From the NCBI GenBank assembly GCA_020184695.1, contig JAANOX010000036.1:61079-125078 (forward strand): DNA of 64,000 bases, read 5' to 3'. The position numbers were made by a program, and so were the translations under genes. This DNA comes from Histomonas meleagridis 2922-C6/04-290x (taxonomy: Eukaryota > Protista > Parabasalia). Shown piece by piece: positions 1 through 11,087 of the stretch. The notes beneath the pieces are model-generated. The model saw only the letters and a list, made by a program, of their open reading frames with translations, was not told where the DNA came from and ran no database searches. Each line of letters starts with the position of its first letter. Positions within the stretch are counted from its first letter, which is position 1.

Positions 1-3000
1 GTAAAATAATAATTTGATTCGATGTGAATATATAATAATCCAAAAAACTTAAAATGAATTCATCAGAAGGATTAAATGTTATTAACAAAGGTTCTAATAT
101 TTCGAAGAATCGAATTGATCTTGAAACGACATTACCTAAAGGCTTTAATTCCTTTGGGAATATTTTTACAATTAATTCGTTTGATAAGTTCATTTGAATT
201 CTAAACATTGATATAATTAATTGCATAACATGATAATCGAAATCATTTGCAATTTTAATTAATTCATTCATAAAATTGATATAAATTTCATTAATGTTTG
301 GTATCTTAACAATTACATTTAATTTATCAATGACTTCAATCATTTGTACTCCTATCGCATGATTATAATCATTAACCTCTTTAATTTTTGTGATTTTCTC
401 TATCAAATTAGGTATCTTATCAATCAAATATATTAAAATGACGGATGAAATCGATTTAATCATTTCATCAACTTCTTTATATTCTAATTCTAATGAACCA
501 AATGTTTTTATTAATTCATGTTCAGGGAACTTTGGTAAATTGGAAAATATTTCATTTTGGACTAAAAATGCTATTGCATATTCAGCAGCAATTCGACAAT
601 TTAATATATCATTAGTTAACATATTAAATAACCATTTCGAATAATTCTCTAATATTAATTGTCTTAAAGGTGTATGTTTAATCATTACACAAATTGCACA
701 ACATAAATCAAAATCATTAAAACTTCGTTCTCCAATCATTAAATTAATATTTGGTATAATATCAAATGCATTTTCTCGGAAATAATTAAACAAAACTGAA
801 ATTAGTTTAAATGGCGGCGAAAATATTCCATAATTTTGTGAATATTCAAGTAACTTTAAACTAACTTCTGATTGATTTTCAAATGTTTTTATTAAATTGA
901 TATATGAAAATATTGTTGTACGTGATTTTAGATAATGTAAAATGAATTCATTATCAATAAAATATTGTTGGAACTTTTGTGGTATTTTAATTACATAAAG
1001 TAAATCAAATAATCCATTAAATGTTATTCGATTATAAAACTTTTCTTCGAATTTATCAGAGTTTTTACTTTCAATGTAATTAGGTATATCAATACATATT
1101 AATTTCGATATTATATATGAAAGATTATATTGATTTGCATATTGTAAATATTTTGTTGAATTCTTTAATATATATGAAATTAATGTAAATGTTTGATCAA
1201 ATACTTGATAATAACTTATAATAGTTTTTATCGAATTAAATAATCGTTTAATGAATTCAATTGGTAATAAATTACAATCAATTAATTCAATGATTTGTAA
1301 TGATCCATTTCTTAAATCTAATTCAGGTGAATATATTAATGAATATTCAAATGATCCATTTGTTAAATATTTAATTAAGAATTGTAATATTTGTGGGTTT
1401 TCTACAATTTTATTGATTAATTTATTCGAAAATTCTTTTGCTTTTTTAACATAATTAGTAAATGGATATGTATCAAAATAATAACTTAATGATATACATA
1501 CAAATAAATTGTTTTTAGATTCGGCTAAATTATTCATAAACTTAGAATATGAACTTGAACAAAATAGTCGATATTCATCTTTCATATTTGATTCTTCATT
1601 AATTTCATCAATTAAATTATCCGGAATTTTAGGCTTTTTAATATTTAAGTTATTATTTAATGTATCAATTCGATCATAAAATAATATATAAGCAGAAGCA
1701 GATTTTGATTTCTTACCATATATCATATTAAATATATCATTTAATTTCACTTCTGTTACATCATTATCATTATATAAATACCATTTTTCTGTTTTCGATT
1801 CTCTATCTTTAATAAATGATGTATAATGTCCAAAATCTGCATTTCCAATATGCATTATAATTCCAGATAATTTATATTTCGTTTCTTGATTTTTATTACT
1901 TGTATAATCAATTAAATCTAAATCAATTGGAAATTCAAATATCGAATTAACTTTAACTTTTCTAAATGTTTCATAATTATAATTAAATCGTGATAATTGG
2001 ATAATTAAATAAGGTGGTAAATTACCTAATGATATGAACTTTTTAGCATCAATATTCTTCTTTAATTCTTCTGAATGATATTGATTTTTACCAGTTAAAA
2101 AGTCCGGTTTTTGTATTTTATCAAACGCTTCTTTATAATAATTAATTCCTTGAATAGGTAATGTAAATGTATAAAATGGTTGTGTATTTTCTGTCGAGAA
2201 CTTTTCTGTTATTCCTTCAATATGATTTATCATTGTTCCTCTAAATAATGATTGAATAAATCCTTTTTGTAAAGAATTCTCAAATTTATCTAAAATGACT
2301 TCTAAAAATTCACATGCATCTTGTTGTTCATAAGGATTAATCGGTTCTCCATCCCAACCAACAAATTTCTCAACTAATAATTCTGGTGATGCTACTTGTC
2401 CATTCTTTAAATACATATGAGCAAATAAATTTTGTAATTCAAGAATTTCTTCACTATCTCCATCATATTCTAAAATAGTATTACGTAAAATTGGTATTGC
2501 ATAAAATTGTTGTAAAGTAGAATTTAAAAAACATGTTGCGCCTAAGTTTTCTAATCCTGATTTACCTGTAGGTGATATAATGATTGAATCTCCATCAATA
2601 TTCCATTCATCATATGGCATTCGATTATTATGTATTTTACTTAAATGAATTAAAAGTATTTTATTTTGTAAATATGTTAAACATTTAATAGCTGAATCAA
2701 AACAATTTTTCTTTTTCTCACGTGAATCAATATTTAAATATCGATCAATTAATGAATTTGTAAAATAAATTTGATCTTCTTTAGTTATCATATTTAATTC
2801 AAGCATTTTAGATAAGATTTCTAATAATGCAGAGTTCTCGATTGATGATTCTTGTTTAATAATTTGTAATAATTCTTCCGAATATTTATCGATATGTGGA
2901 ATCATTGAAATGAAATAATATTTTGATATTTCTTTGTTTTGTTCATATTTTGGTAATAATTCTAAAAAGTAATCAAATGGAATTTTAATAGTTGAAAAGA

Positions 3001-5809
3001 ATTTAGATGAAAGTTTTCGAATATTTTTATTTTGATGGAATAATAATTGTTCTAATATATTTATCATATTATTTGGTAATTCTGGTTCATTAAATAATTT
3101 GGATAATGAAGTTAAAAATAAAATTGTTGAAATAAAATCATTTTCTTCATTTAAATCAGATAATTTTGTTAAAATTGGTATTATATTTATAAATATTAAT
3201 TTCGAATATTTTAATTTCATTTCTTCCGTCATTCCTTTATCTATAAATTGTATTATTTTTGGTTCTAATTGTATTATATTTGATGATTCAATTAAATAAG
3301 TAAATCCTCCAGTTTTATCAAAGTTTAATCTAAATTCTTCAGTAAAATGTGTATAAATTGCTTCGAAGTTATATAAAAATACTTCTGGATATTCACGTGG
3401 TAATAATAAATTATAATCATAAGTTTTCCTAAAGTTGATTTGATTTAATTGTATTAATGTTTTAGATATTGTTGGTAAATAATCTAAAAGTTCTTTAACT
3501 TCTTCATAACCTTCTTTTAATAAATCAATTAATTGATCCATTAAAGGAGATCGTGATATTAAAATAGATGGAATACATTCTCTAATATGATTATATTTAT
3601 TATTAATATTAGAACTCATTAATGTTAATTTAATTGCTTTAGTTTTATTAGCAACTTCTTTAATTGTTTTCTTAATATCTAATAAAACTTTATTCTTATA
3701 TAATACAAATGAATTTAATGGTATCATCGAAATAGTAGAAATTCGATTCATTAATGCACTAATTGTCATATTTTCAGGTAAATCAAATGATAATTCTGAT
3801 GGTAAATTCCTACCAAGAATATCTACATGAATATTCTCATGTTTTTTAGATGAATGTCTTTTAATATTAAATGAATCAATATCAATTAATCTTTCGATTT
3901 CATTAATAAATGATTTTAATAAAAGTATTATTGATTTCTTATTTTTCGATATTTGTAATTTTTGTATACATTTCTGTATAAATGTTGTCATCATTGTATA
4001 ATCTGTTAATACAATTCCATCATTTAATGAGTAAACACTTGATAAAAATTGTGAAAATTCATTTGTGTAATTGGTATCTAATTCTATCATATGCCATAAT
4101 AAATTTTCTCGTTTAAATGGTAAACTTTTTAATACTTTTTCAACTTCCATTTTATTTTCAAAGTATACAATGATTTTACATAAACGAAATACATTTTGAT
4201 CAACTTCTTCTTTTTGTAAATTAATTAATAACTCTTCTAAATAATCAATTGATATTAATGATTTAGATATTAATGGTGTTAATGATGGTACAAAGTTTGG
4301 ATTTGATTTAAATGAATAAAATAATTTCTTGACTTGTTCATTAGGGATTTCAAAATGATTATAATAACATAAATGTGTAATAAATGATAAAATTATTTTT
4401 ACATTATTATCATCATTTAATGTATTAGTTAATAAATCAATAGCTTCGATTAAATAGAAATTAACTTTATCAATTGGTATCTTATGATCTTTAAATGTTG
4501 GTGTAATTAATTTAATTAAAAAAATCGATTTCGAATTCGCTAAGTTATTCAGAATTTCTTCGAATTTTTCATCATCTAAATGTAAGTTAATAATTTTCGG
4601 TAATATCCCTTCAACTATCTCTTGTAATTTCTTATCATTATTATTCTCAAAACAAAAATTAAATAAACAATCTCGAACCTTATAAAATGATTCTTTCGCA
4701 TCTTCACGTTTTCCAAGTGATTCACATAAATCACCTAAAAATGAAAACCATTGCTCCGTTTTATCAGTCGGATTTAAACACATATCTACAAAATCATTAA
4801 TTTTATCGGATGGTAATGTAAATGCAACTGATGAAAATATTTTAAAAAAGTTTCGTAAATCATCAGAATGTTGAAATGAATGAAGATTCCATAAATTTAA
4901 TAATAATTCATTCGAAATAAGATCATGTCTTGCTAAGATTGATAAGCTCTTTGAGATTTGTGGTGATAAATCAGGATGAATGGTTTGTAAAGAAAAGATT
5001 TTCAAACCGTCGGTTTCTCTGAAAAAGTTGACGGTAGAATCTAACGTCTCCTCATTCCCTAACATGCCAATAATCTCTTTGAATCCTGTTTGTTGCTTCT
5101 CAAAAATATCGGACTGTGCAAATAAAACCCATATGCTAAGCCATGTGAAACAAAATGATTGTGGAATTTCAAAATCAAAATTAAGTGATAAAGAATTATA
5201 AATGTCAAGGATAGTAGACGTAGGTGATCGAGGTTGTTGTTTAACAATATCAAGGACATTGTTTGATGTGATTTCCGCAAATTCATCTTTATTAAAATCT
5301 TGTATGTAAATACTAATGTCGGAACAAATATTAAATAGAACATCGAGAAGCTTAAGAGAATTTACACCTTTTTTGATCGCATCATATGATGAATCATATA
5401 AATCACAATCAACACATAGCTGAATAATACTTTTGTAAGGAATAAATTTATAGATTGGAAATGTTGATGTGCCAATAATTGAGTAAGCACACATAATAAT
5501 CTTTTCATCTAATATGGAAATTCCGTAATTACCAAGCTTGAAAATAAGTTTGAAAAAATCATGGATTTTATCTTTTGATTCTTCATCTACATTAGTCAAG
5601 TTCAAGATCCTAAAGATTATTTCCTTTCGTAGTTTTTTAATAAAAAGATCTTGAAATGATACTAAATCATTTGGAAGAGAACCAGTATCAATTATTGAAC
5701 AAACAAGTTCTTCAATTTTTGGAATACATGCCTTGAATTGCTTCGCACTGTTAAGTGATGTATATAATGTTGAAAGCCAATTCTCAAAGTTTTCTTTCCG
5801 ATTTTCCAT
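1..5809 (-). CDS. Large ubiquitin C-terminal hydrolase (peptidase C19, USP9X/USP24/USP34-like); 3' end lies beyond the left edge of the window
   Basis: Manual minus-strand translation: start MENRKENFENWLS (ATG at 5809), Cys box SGLENLGATCFLNSTLQQFY (Cys codon 2531-2533, same frame) and His box GIIMHIGNADFGHYTSFIKDR near 1810-1870. The frame is still open at position 1, which explains its absence from the ORF track. I did not check every codon for stops. Confidence 0.9.
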   Translation of the reverse strand, partial: MENRKENFENWLSTLYTSLNSAKQFKACIPKIEELVCSIIDTGSLPNDLVSFQDLFIKKLRKEIIFRILNLTNVDEESKDKIHDFFKLIFKLGNYGISILDEKIIMCAYSIIGTSTFPIYKFIPYKSIIQLCVDCDLYDSSYDAIKKGVNSLKLLDVLFNICSDISIYIQDFNKDEFAEITSNNVLDIVKQQPRSPTSTILDIYNSLSLNFDFEIPQSFCFTWLSIWVLFAQSDIFEKQQTGFKEIIGMLGNEETLDSTVNFFRETDGLKIFSLQTIHPDLSPQISKSLSILARHDLISNELLLNLWNLHSFQHSDDLRNFFKIFSSVAFTLPSDKINDFVDMCLNPTDKTEQWFSFLGDLCESLGKREDAKESFYKVRDCLFNFCFENNNDKKLQEIVEGILPKIINLHLDDEKFEEILNNLANSKSIFLIKLITPTFKDHKIPIDKVNFYLIEAIDLLTNTLNDDNNVKIILSFITHLCYYNHFEIPNEQVKKLFYSFKSNPNFVPSLTPLISKSLISIDYLEELLINLQKEEVDQNVFRLCKIIVYFENKMEVEKVLKSLPFKRENLLWHMIELDTNYTNEFSQFLSSVYSLNDGIVLTDYTMMTTFIQKCIQKLQISKNKKSIILLLKSFINEIERLIDIDSFNIKRHSSKKHENIHVDILGRNLPSELSFDLPENMTISALMNRISTISMIPLNSFVLYKNKVLLDIKKTIKEVANKTKAIKLTLMSSNINNKYNHIRECIPSILISRSPLMDQLIDLLKEGYEEVKELLDYLPTISKTLIQLNQINFRKTYDYNLLLPREYPEVFLYNFEAIYTHFTEEFRLNFDKTGGFTYLIESSNIIQLEPKIIQFIDKGMTEEMKLKYSKLIFINIIPILTKLSDLNEENDFISTILFLTSLSKLFNEPELPNNMINILEQLLFHQNKNIRKLSSKFFSTIKIPFDYFLELLPKYEQNKEISKYYFISMIPHIDKYSEELLQIIKQESSIENSALLEILSKMLELNMITKEDQIYFTNSLIDRYLNIDSREKKKNCFDSAIKCLTYLQNKILLIHLSKIHNNRMPYDEWNIDGDSIIISPTGKSGLENLGATCFLNSTLQQFYAIPILRNTILEYDGDSEEILELQNLFAHMYLKNGQVASPELLVEKFVGWDGEPINPYEQQDACEFLEVILDKFENSLQKGFIQSLFRGTMINHIEGITEKFSTENTQPFYTFTLPIQGINYYKEAFDKIQKPDFLTGKNQYHSEELKKNIDAKKFISLGNLPPYLIIQLSRFNYNYETFRKVKVNSIFEFPIDLDLIDYTSNKNQETKYKLSGIIMHIGNADFGHYTSFIKDRESKTEKWYLYNDNDVTEVKLNDIFNMIYGKKSKSASAYILFYDRIDTLNNNLNIKKPKIPDNLIDEINEESNMKDEYRLFCSSSYSKFMNNLAESKNNLFVCISLSYYFDTYPFTNYVKKAKEFSNKLINKIVENPQILQFLIKYLTNGSFEYSLIYSPELDLRNGSLQIIELIDCNLLPIEFIKRLFNSIKTIISYYQVFDQTFTLISYILKNSTKYLQYANQYNLSYIISKLICIDIPNYIESKNSDKFEEKFYNRITFNGLFDLLYVIKIPQKFQQYFIDNEFILHYLKSRTTIFSYINLIKTFENQSEVSLKLLEYSQNYGIFSPPFKLISVLFNYFRENAFDIIPNINLMIGERSFNDFDLCCAICVMIKHTPLRQLILENYSKWLFNMLTNDILNCRIAAEYAIAFLVQNEIFSNLPKFPEHELIKTFGSLELEYKEVDEMIKSISSVILIYLIDKIPNLIEKITKIKEVNDYNHAIGVQMIEVIDKLNVIVKIPNINEIYINFMNELIKIANDFDYHVMQLIISMFRIQMNLSNELIVKIFPKELKPLGNVVSRSIRFFEILEPLLITFNPSDEFILSFLDYYIFTSNQIIIL

Positions 5810-6097
5810 TTGAAACGACCGTTTAAAAGCCTGTCATTTTACTTGTCATATTTTCAAAATTTAAAATTAAAAAATCCTTATTCACACTATTTTTCTTACT
5901 ATAATATCATCTAAAACAACAATGTTTCTGTTTTGAGTTAAAGGAAAAAAAATCATAATAATTTTATTTATTTTGATTTTGGGAATTAAACATTTAATTC
6001 ATATTTATGACTTACACAAGAAAACTAAAACACTTTATATTATAAATAATTAAATATTTTTTTTTTTTAAAAAAATGATGATTTCAAAATATCTAGT

Positions 6098-6571
6098 TTA
6101 GGCTCGGAACTTAGGGAAATAAGATGGTATCTTCATTCTGAAGAGTTGGAATGCAAGAAACATCCATATTGGAGTTGAACAACCAAACAATCCCATGAAT
6201 TTTACAAACTCTCCTTTATCCTTATCATGTTCATGTGACATGGCATAGAAAGCTGCAATAACTGATGCTGCTCCAAGAGTATAAACAAATGAACATAAAA
6301 TTCCTTCGGCTAATAATTGAGAACTAAGACCTCCTTGAGTATCAATCCATGTTTGATATATCTGACCATTTTGGTTTCTTGCATAACCGAATAAAGGCAT
6401 ATTATTAACATAGCAAAAGATAAATCCACCAACAATCACGAAAAATGATATAAATACAAGGGTAGTTGTGACAGCTGTTGATGGCATCTTGATTGTAGAA
6501 ATTGGTGTCTCTACAACTGGTGCCTTGAAAAACTTCTTGAATGGTATTAGAAGAGTTTCAGATAAAGGCAT
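6098..6571 (-). CDS. OSTC: Oligosaccharyltransferase subunit OSTC/DC2-like
   Basis: Three hydrophobic segments; motifs QLLAEGILCSFVYTLG and FQLFRMKIPSY resemble DC2 (QYIMEGLASSFLFTMG, VFMRMKLPGY). Likely start is the ATG of MPLSETL (6571) rather than the track start at 6610. Confidence 0.75.
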   Translation of the reverse strand: MPLSETLLIPFKKFFKAPVVETPISTIKMPSTAVTTTLVFISFFVIVGGFIFCYVNNMPLFGYARNQNGQIYQTWIDTQGGLSSQLLAEGILCSFVYTLGAASVIAAFYAMSHEHDKDKGEFVKFMGLFGCSTPIWMFLAFQLFRMKIPSYFPKFRA

Positions 6572-6654
6572 AATGTTTATGTAATTAACAGTTATTGTTA
6601 AATAATTCACTGAAAACCATTTTAACGAACGTTTAGAAATTTTTCATCCATTTT

Positions 6655-7314
6655 ATGGGCATTGACCCAAAATTTTCTAGCAATGGAATTATTGGAGTTT
6701 TTCATTACTGGAACAGATGGGCTCAAAATGTTGTTTTATTAAGTTATATATGTTTTTCTATTTATTTAATAACAATTCTTGCTGATAGTTTTTGGAAAAA
6801 GGTAATTGGAGCAGGTACTCTTGCATCAGTTATCATTTCTATGATTTTTGCATTTATTTCTCTTGGTATGCATATTCTTTTTCAATTTTCAATTTTAAGT
6901 CGATTCCAAAATATCATTAAAATTGTATATATTTGCACAAATACAGTCGCATTAATTACATGTGCAATAGCAATACCATCATTTTCACCCATTTCATCAT
7001 TTCGTTATTTTAACGATCTTATTCAATATTCAAATCAAACACAAATGACAGACACTCAAGCTGCAGAATTTTATAATCTTACACAAACCAATATATATGC
7101 AGTATATCAATATGTACAAAAAAGAACAATTGATGCGAAATTACCAACAGAATCAATATTTACTGTCTGGTTCACATTGTTCATACTTTATATATCGTGT
7201 ATTGTGAAATTTCCTGAAAAGCAGGAGGAAGAGCCAAAGCAAAATGAAACGTTTCAAGTTAGCTTTCATGAAGAAGAGGAAGAAGAAGAAACTCAAGAAG
7301 ATGTTAATAATTAA
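6655..7314 (+). CDS. Hypothetical multi-pass membrane protein with acidic C-terminus
   Basis: 219-aa ORF with about four hydrophobic segments and an EEEEEE tail; head-to-head with OSTC. Confidence 0.7.
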   Translation: MGIDPKFSSNGIIGVFHYWNRWAQNVVLLSYICFSIYLITILADSFWKKVIGAGTLASVIISMIFAFISLGMHILFQFSILSRFQNIIKIVYICTNTVALITCAIAIPSFSPISSFRYFNDLIQYSNQTQMTDTQAAEFYNLTQTNIYAVYQYVQKRTIDAKLPTESIFTVWFTLFILYISCIVKFPEKQEEEPKQNETFQVSFHEEEEEEETQEDVNN

Positions 7315-7469
7315 AAGACAAAATATAAAATTCATTTTTATCTTTTAAATTGTTTTGATGCGAATTTATGATTTTGTTTCATTAAGTAAAAATTTTGTCA
7401 AACAAAGTGATGAATTTAAATTTCTTTAAAAAAAAAATCAAATTCGTAAAAATAATTTCATTTATATAT

Positions 7470-10400
7470 TTAATCGGTAACATTTGTGACTGTTCTTTCA
7501 ACATGCGATGCTGATTGATTCAAAGACGTCCTAAATATTACATTTGCATTACTCCACATGCCTTCTTTCAAGCTCACAATTATAAACTGTGACTTTTGGA
7601 ACGATCTTTTCAGCATTTTTCCAATGCTTTGAGTTTGCCCCAAATCAAGTTGTGCATCGACTTCATCCAAAATGTATAATGGAGCTGGCTTGAACTTAAG
7701 TAATGCAAGAATTAGGGCCAGAGCAACCATTGACCTTTGGCCGCCACTTAATTCTTGTAATGATTTTTGTAAATTTGAAAACGCAACAATTACTTCGAGA
7801 CCTTCATATATTGTCATTCCATCAGGTGGTGCAAGAGCTGCTGATGTACCAGGGATAATTTGTGATACAATATCGTTCAAATCCTTGTTAACACTTTTAT
7901 GTGTCTTTTCGATTGCTTCATTCTTTTTGATTTCCAATTCTTTAATGACTGACACAATTCCACTTTTTTCTTTTTCAACTGTTTCTTTCTTTTGAATAAG
8001 TGAATTTAATTCATTTTCCGCAAGTTCATACATTGAAATAACACGCTTGTTAACTCTTCCTTCAAGTTCTTTTTGTTCATCAGTAAGATTTGCAAGTTTT
8101 TCTTTGGCTTCTTTTGGATCATAAATTTTGAAATCAAAGTCGGTATGAGGCACCCCGAAAAACCGCTCTTCCTGTTCAATCCATTCAAAATCTTTTTTCA
8201 TTTGCTTTAACGTATTCTTGGCATTTTTCTTATTTTCCTTTAAACGTTCGATTTTTTGACTTATTTTCTTTTTTTGTATTTTTAAATTATTTAATTGCTT
8301 TTGAATTTCTTCTTCTTCTTCGATTTTTTTAGAAAGTGTTTCATTCGTTTTACTCATTTCATTTCTTAATTCATTTAAAGCTGTTTCTTTAATTTCTTTT
8401 TCTTTTTCAAGTTCATTTTGTTTTTCAGTTTCATCATCTCTAATTTTTTCATTTTTATCAATTTCATTTTCTACATTTTCAAGTTCTTTCTTTAATGTTT
8501 GAATTTCTTTTTCAGTTTCACCAATTTCTGCTTTAATTGTTTCTAGTAAATTTGTTTTCTTCGTTTTATTCTTTTTAATTTTATCATATTCTTTCTTTAT
8601 TTCTTTTTGTTGTTTCTCCAATTCATTTACTGTTGAATCTTTATTTTCTTTCCATAACTTTAATTCTTCTTCTAATTTACCCAATTTTTGTATTGATTCT
8701 TCTCTATTTCTTGAACATTCTTCAATTGTATCATTACATTTTTGTAGGAATTGTTCTAATTCTTCTAATTGTCTTTTCACGTCATAATAAGTCGAATGAT
8801 TTAATGCGTCATGTGCAAGTTCTGCTTCATGATTAACTAATTCTCTTTGTTGCTTTAATTCATGGAATCTTCGTGATGTTTCATACATGTCTTGTAATTC
8901 TTGATCTATTTCTCTAAGTCTTGTAACAATTTCTGTTTCTTGATTCTTTAAATCTCTATATTCAGACAACAATAACATTATAGTTCCTTGATTCCTTCGA
9001 TATCCACCTCTAAGTGTACCTTGTGGATCATAAACATTACCATCTTTAGTAACTGCTTTAGTTTTAATTAAATTATCTTGCATAATAGCTCGTGCATCTG
9101 CTGATGTATCACAAATAAATGCTTGTTCAAATGCAAATCGAATTGCAGGTTCAATTTCTTTTGGATATCGTACTAAATCAATAGCTAATCGTGATGACTT
9201 TGCAATATTTCGTGCTCGTTCGACAGCTTCTCTTGGTACTTTATTTGAAATGATTTCTTTTAATGGAATTAATGTATAATGTTTTGGTAATTTCCCATTT
9301 TTTAATAGTTCTTTTGCTGTTTCTGCATTGTCAACAATTACATTATATAACTTTCCTCCTGCTACATTCTCAAGTGCTACATTATATTCATTATCTTTAA
9401 CTTCAATAAGTCGTACTAATACTCCATAAACTTTACGATTATCAAAACCTGGTGGTGGTGTATATTCGAAATCAATTCCTACTAATTGACGTTCTTTTTG
9501 TTCAATTTGATTACGTACATTTGTAAGTTGTTGCATTAATGAATTACGTTCTTCTGTAATACTTATTTCATAATTCTCATTAAAGTTTAATAGATTCATT
9601 GAATTCTCGATCTCATTAAGTCGTAATAATGCTTGATTACGTTGTTGTTCATTTTCTTCATTTTCTCTTTGTGATTTTACAAGTTGATTTTGAAGTTCAG
9701 TATGTTTCCGACTATTATGAATTAGTGAATTTTGTGAACTACGAATTTTAACTTCGCAATCTGAAATAATTCGTTTCTCTTCTTCAATTTGATCAGTAAG
9801 TGAAGAGCCATCGTTTTCATTTGCTATGCCAACATTAACTGATGAAATTCGATTTTCGATTTGTTTCATTTTTTCTTTAATGCTACTAAGGTTACTAGAT
9901 ATATCTTTAACTTCTGAAACAACTGTATCGCGTTGATTAATAGCTTTCGATAATGTTTCTTCTGATGTTTCGATTTGTTCTTGAACTTTTGAATGCTTTT
10001 CTTGATAACGTTCAACTTCATAACTTGCTTGAGTAGCAAGCGCTTTAGCTTTGGCAATTTGGGTTTCATATTGGTTGATTTCTTTGTCAAGTTCTGCAAA
10101 TTTACCTTTTTCATTCCCTTCTTTGACTTCAGTTAATTCTTTGATTTCAACTTTCAATGTTTCCATCCGTTTTTTGGCTTCTTCCTCTGATTCATTTGCT
10201 TTGGCTTCTTTTTCTGTAGCTTTTTTGAGCATTTGAACTCCATTTTTGATGGTTTTTTCACATTCTTTATAATCATATGCAATAACCCATCTTTTAAGTC
10301 TTTCACTTTCACTCCTCATTGATGCCCATCGATTATATTCATCTCTTTCATGTTGTAATTTTTCAAGATTAGGTATGAGATTTTCATTAATTATTTTGTC

Positions 10401-10985
10401 AATTTCATCAAGCTGTCGTTGTTTTCTTTCTAAAGTCTTGAGTGAATCTTCTTTTTTGTCTTCGAACATACGAATTCCTGCGGCTTCTTCAATTAAGCCA
10501 AGAATTTCATTGGGCTTCATATTAAGAACTTCTGTAATTCTACCTTGCATAATCAAGAAATGAGGATTATTTACATTCAGCTGAACTGAATGAAACAAAT
10601 TTTGAACTCTTTGTTGATTTGCATTATGTCCATTAATTGCATATTTTGAAACAGAACCTGACGTAATAGTTCTTGATACTTGAATACGATCAAATTGTTC
10701 ATACCCAACCGGACTCATTGCTTTGTTTTCATTATTAAATACAATTTCTACAGATGCTTTTGTAACACCAGATTGACCATAGCCAAAAATAAGTTCTTGT
10801 AATGTTGAAGCTCGAAGATGTGTTAAATTACTAATTCCAAGAACAAAACAAATTGCATCAAGAATGTTTGATTTTCCACTTCCATTAGGTCCTGTAATAG
10901 CATTGAAGTATCTGTCAAAACCATCGATGATTGTACAATCTCTGTATGTCTTAAAACCATTGATGGTCAAGCTTTCTACAAACAT
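7470..10985 (-). CDS. SMC2: Condensin subunit SMC2
   Basis: Walker A [9 protein letters not shown], SMC2-typical [30 protein letters not shown]-like segment ([28 protein letters not shown]), hinge domain, signature LSGGQRS and Walker B YILDEVD. Confidence 0.95.
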   Translation of the reverse strand: [1171 protein letters not shown]

Positions 10986-11087
10986 CTCGAATTAATAAAC
11001 GGTATCAGACATGTGATATTAAAAAATACCAAAAAAGAAAAACGTTTATTTTGGTGTAAAACCGACCAAACATAGTCAACTTATTAA

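Noticed and set aside
390-5343. Short track ORFs at 390, 1251, 3099, 4980 and 5059
   Set aside because: They are antisense or off-frame shadows of the large USP gene on the minus strand.
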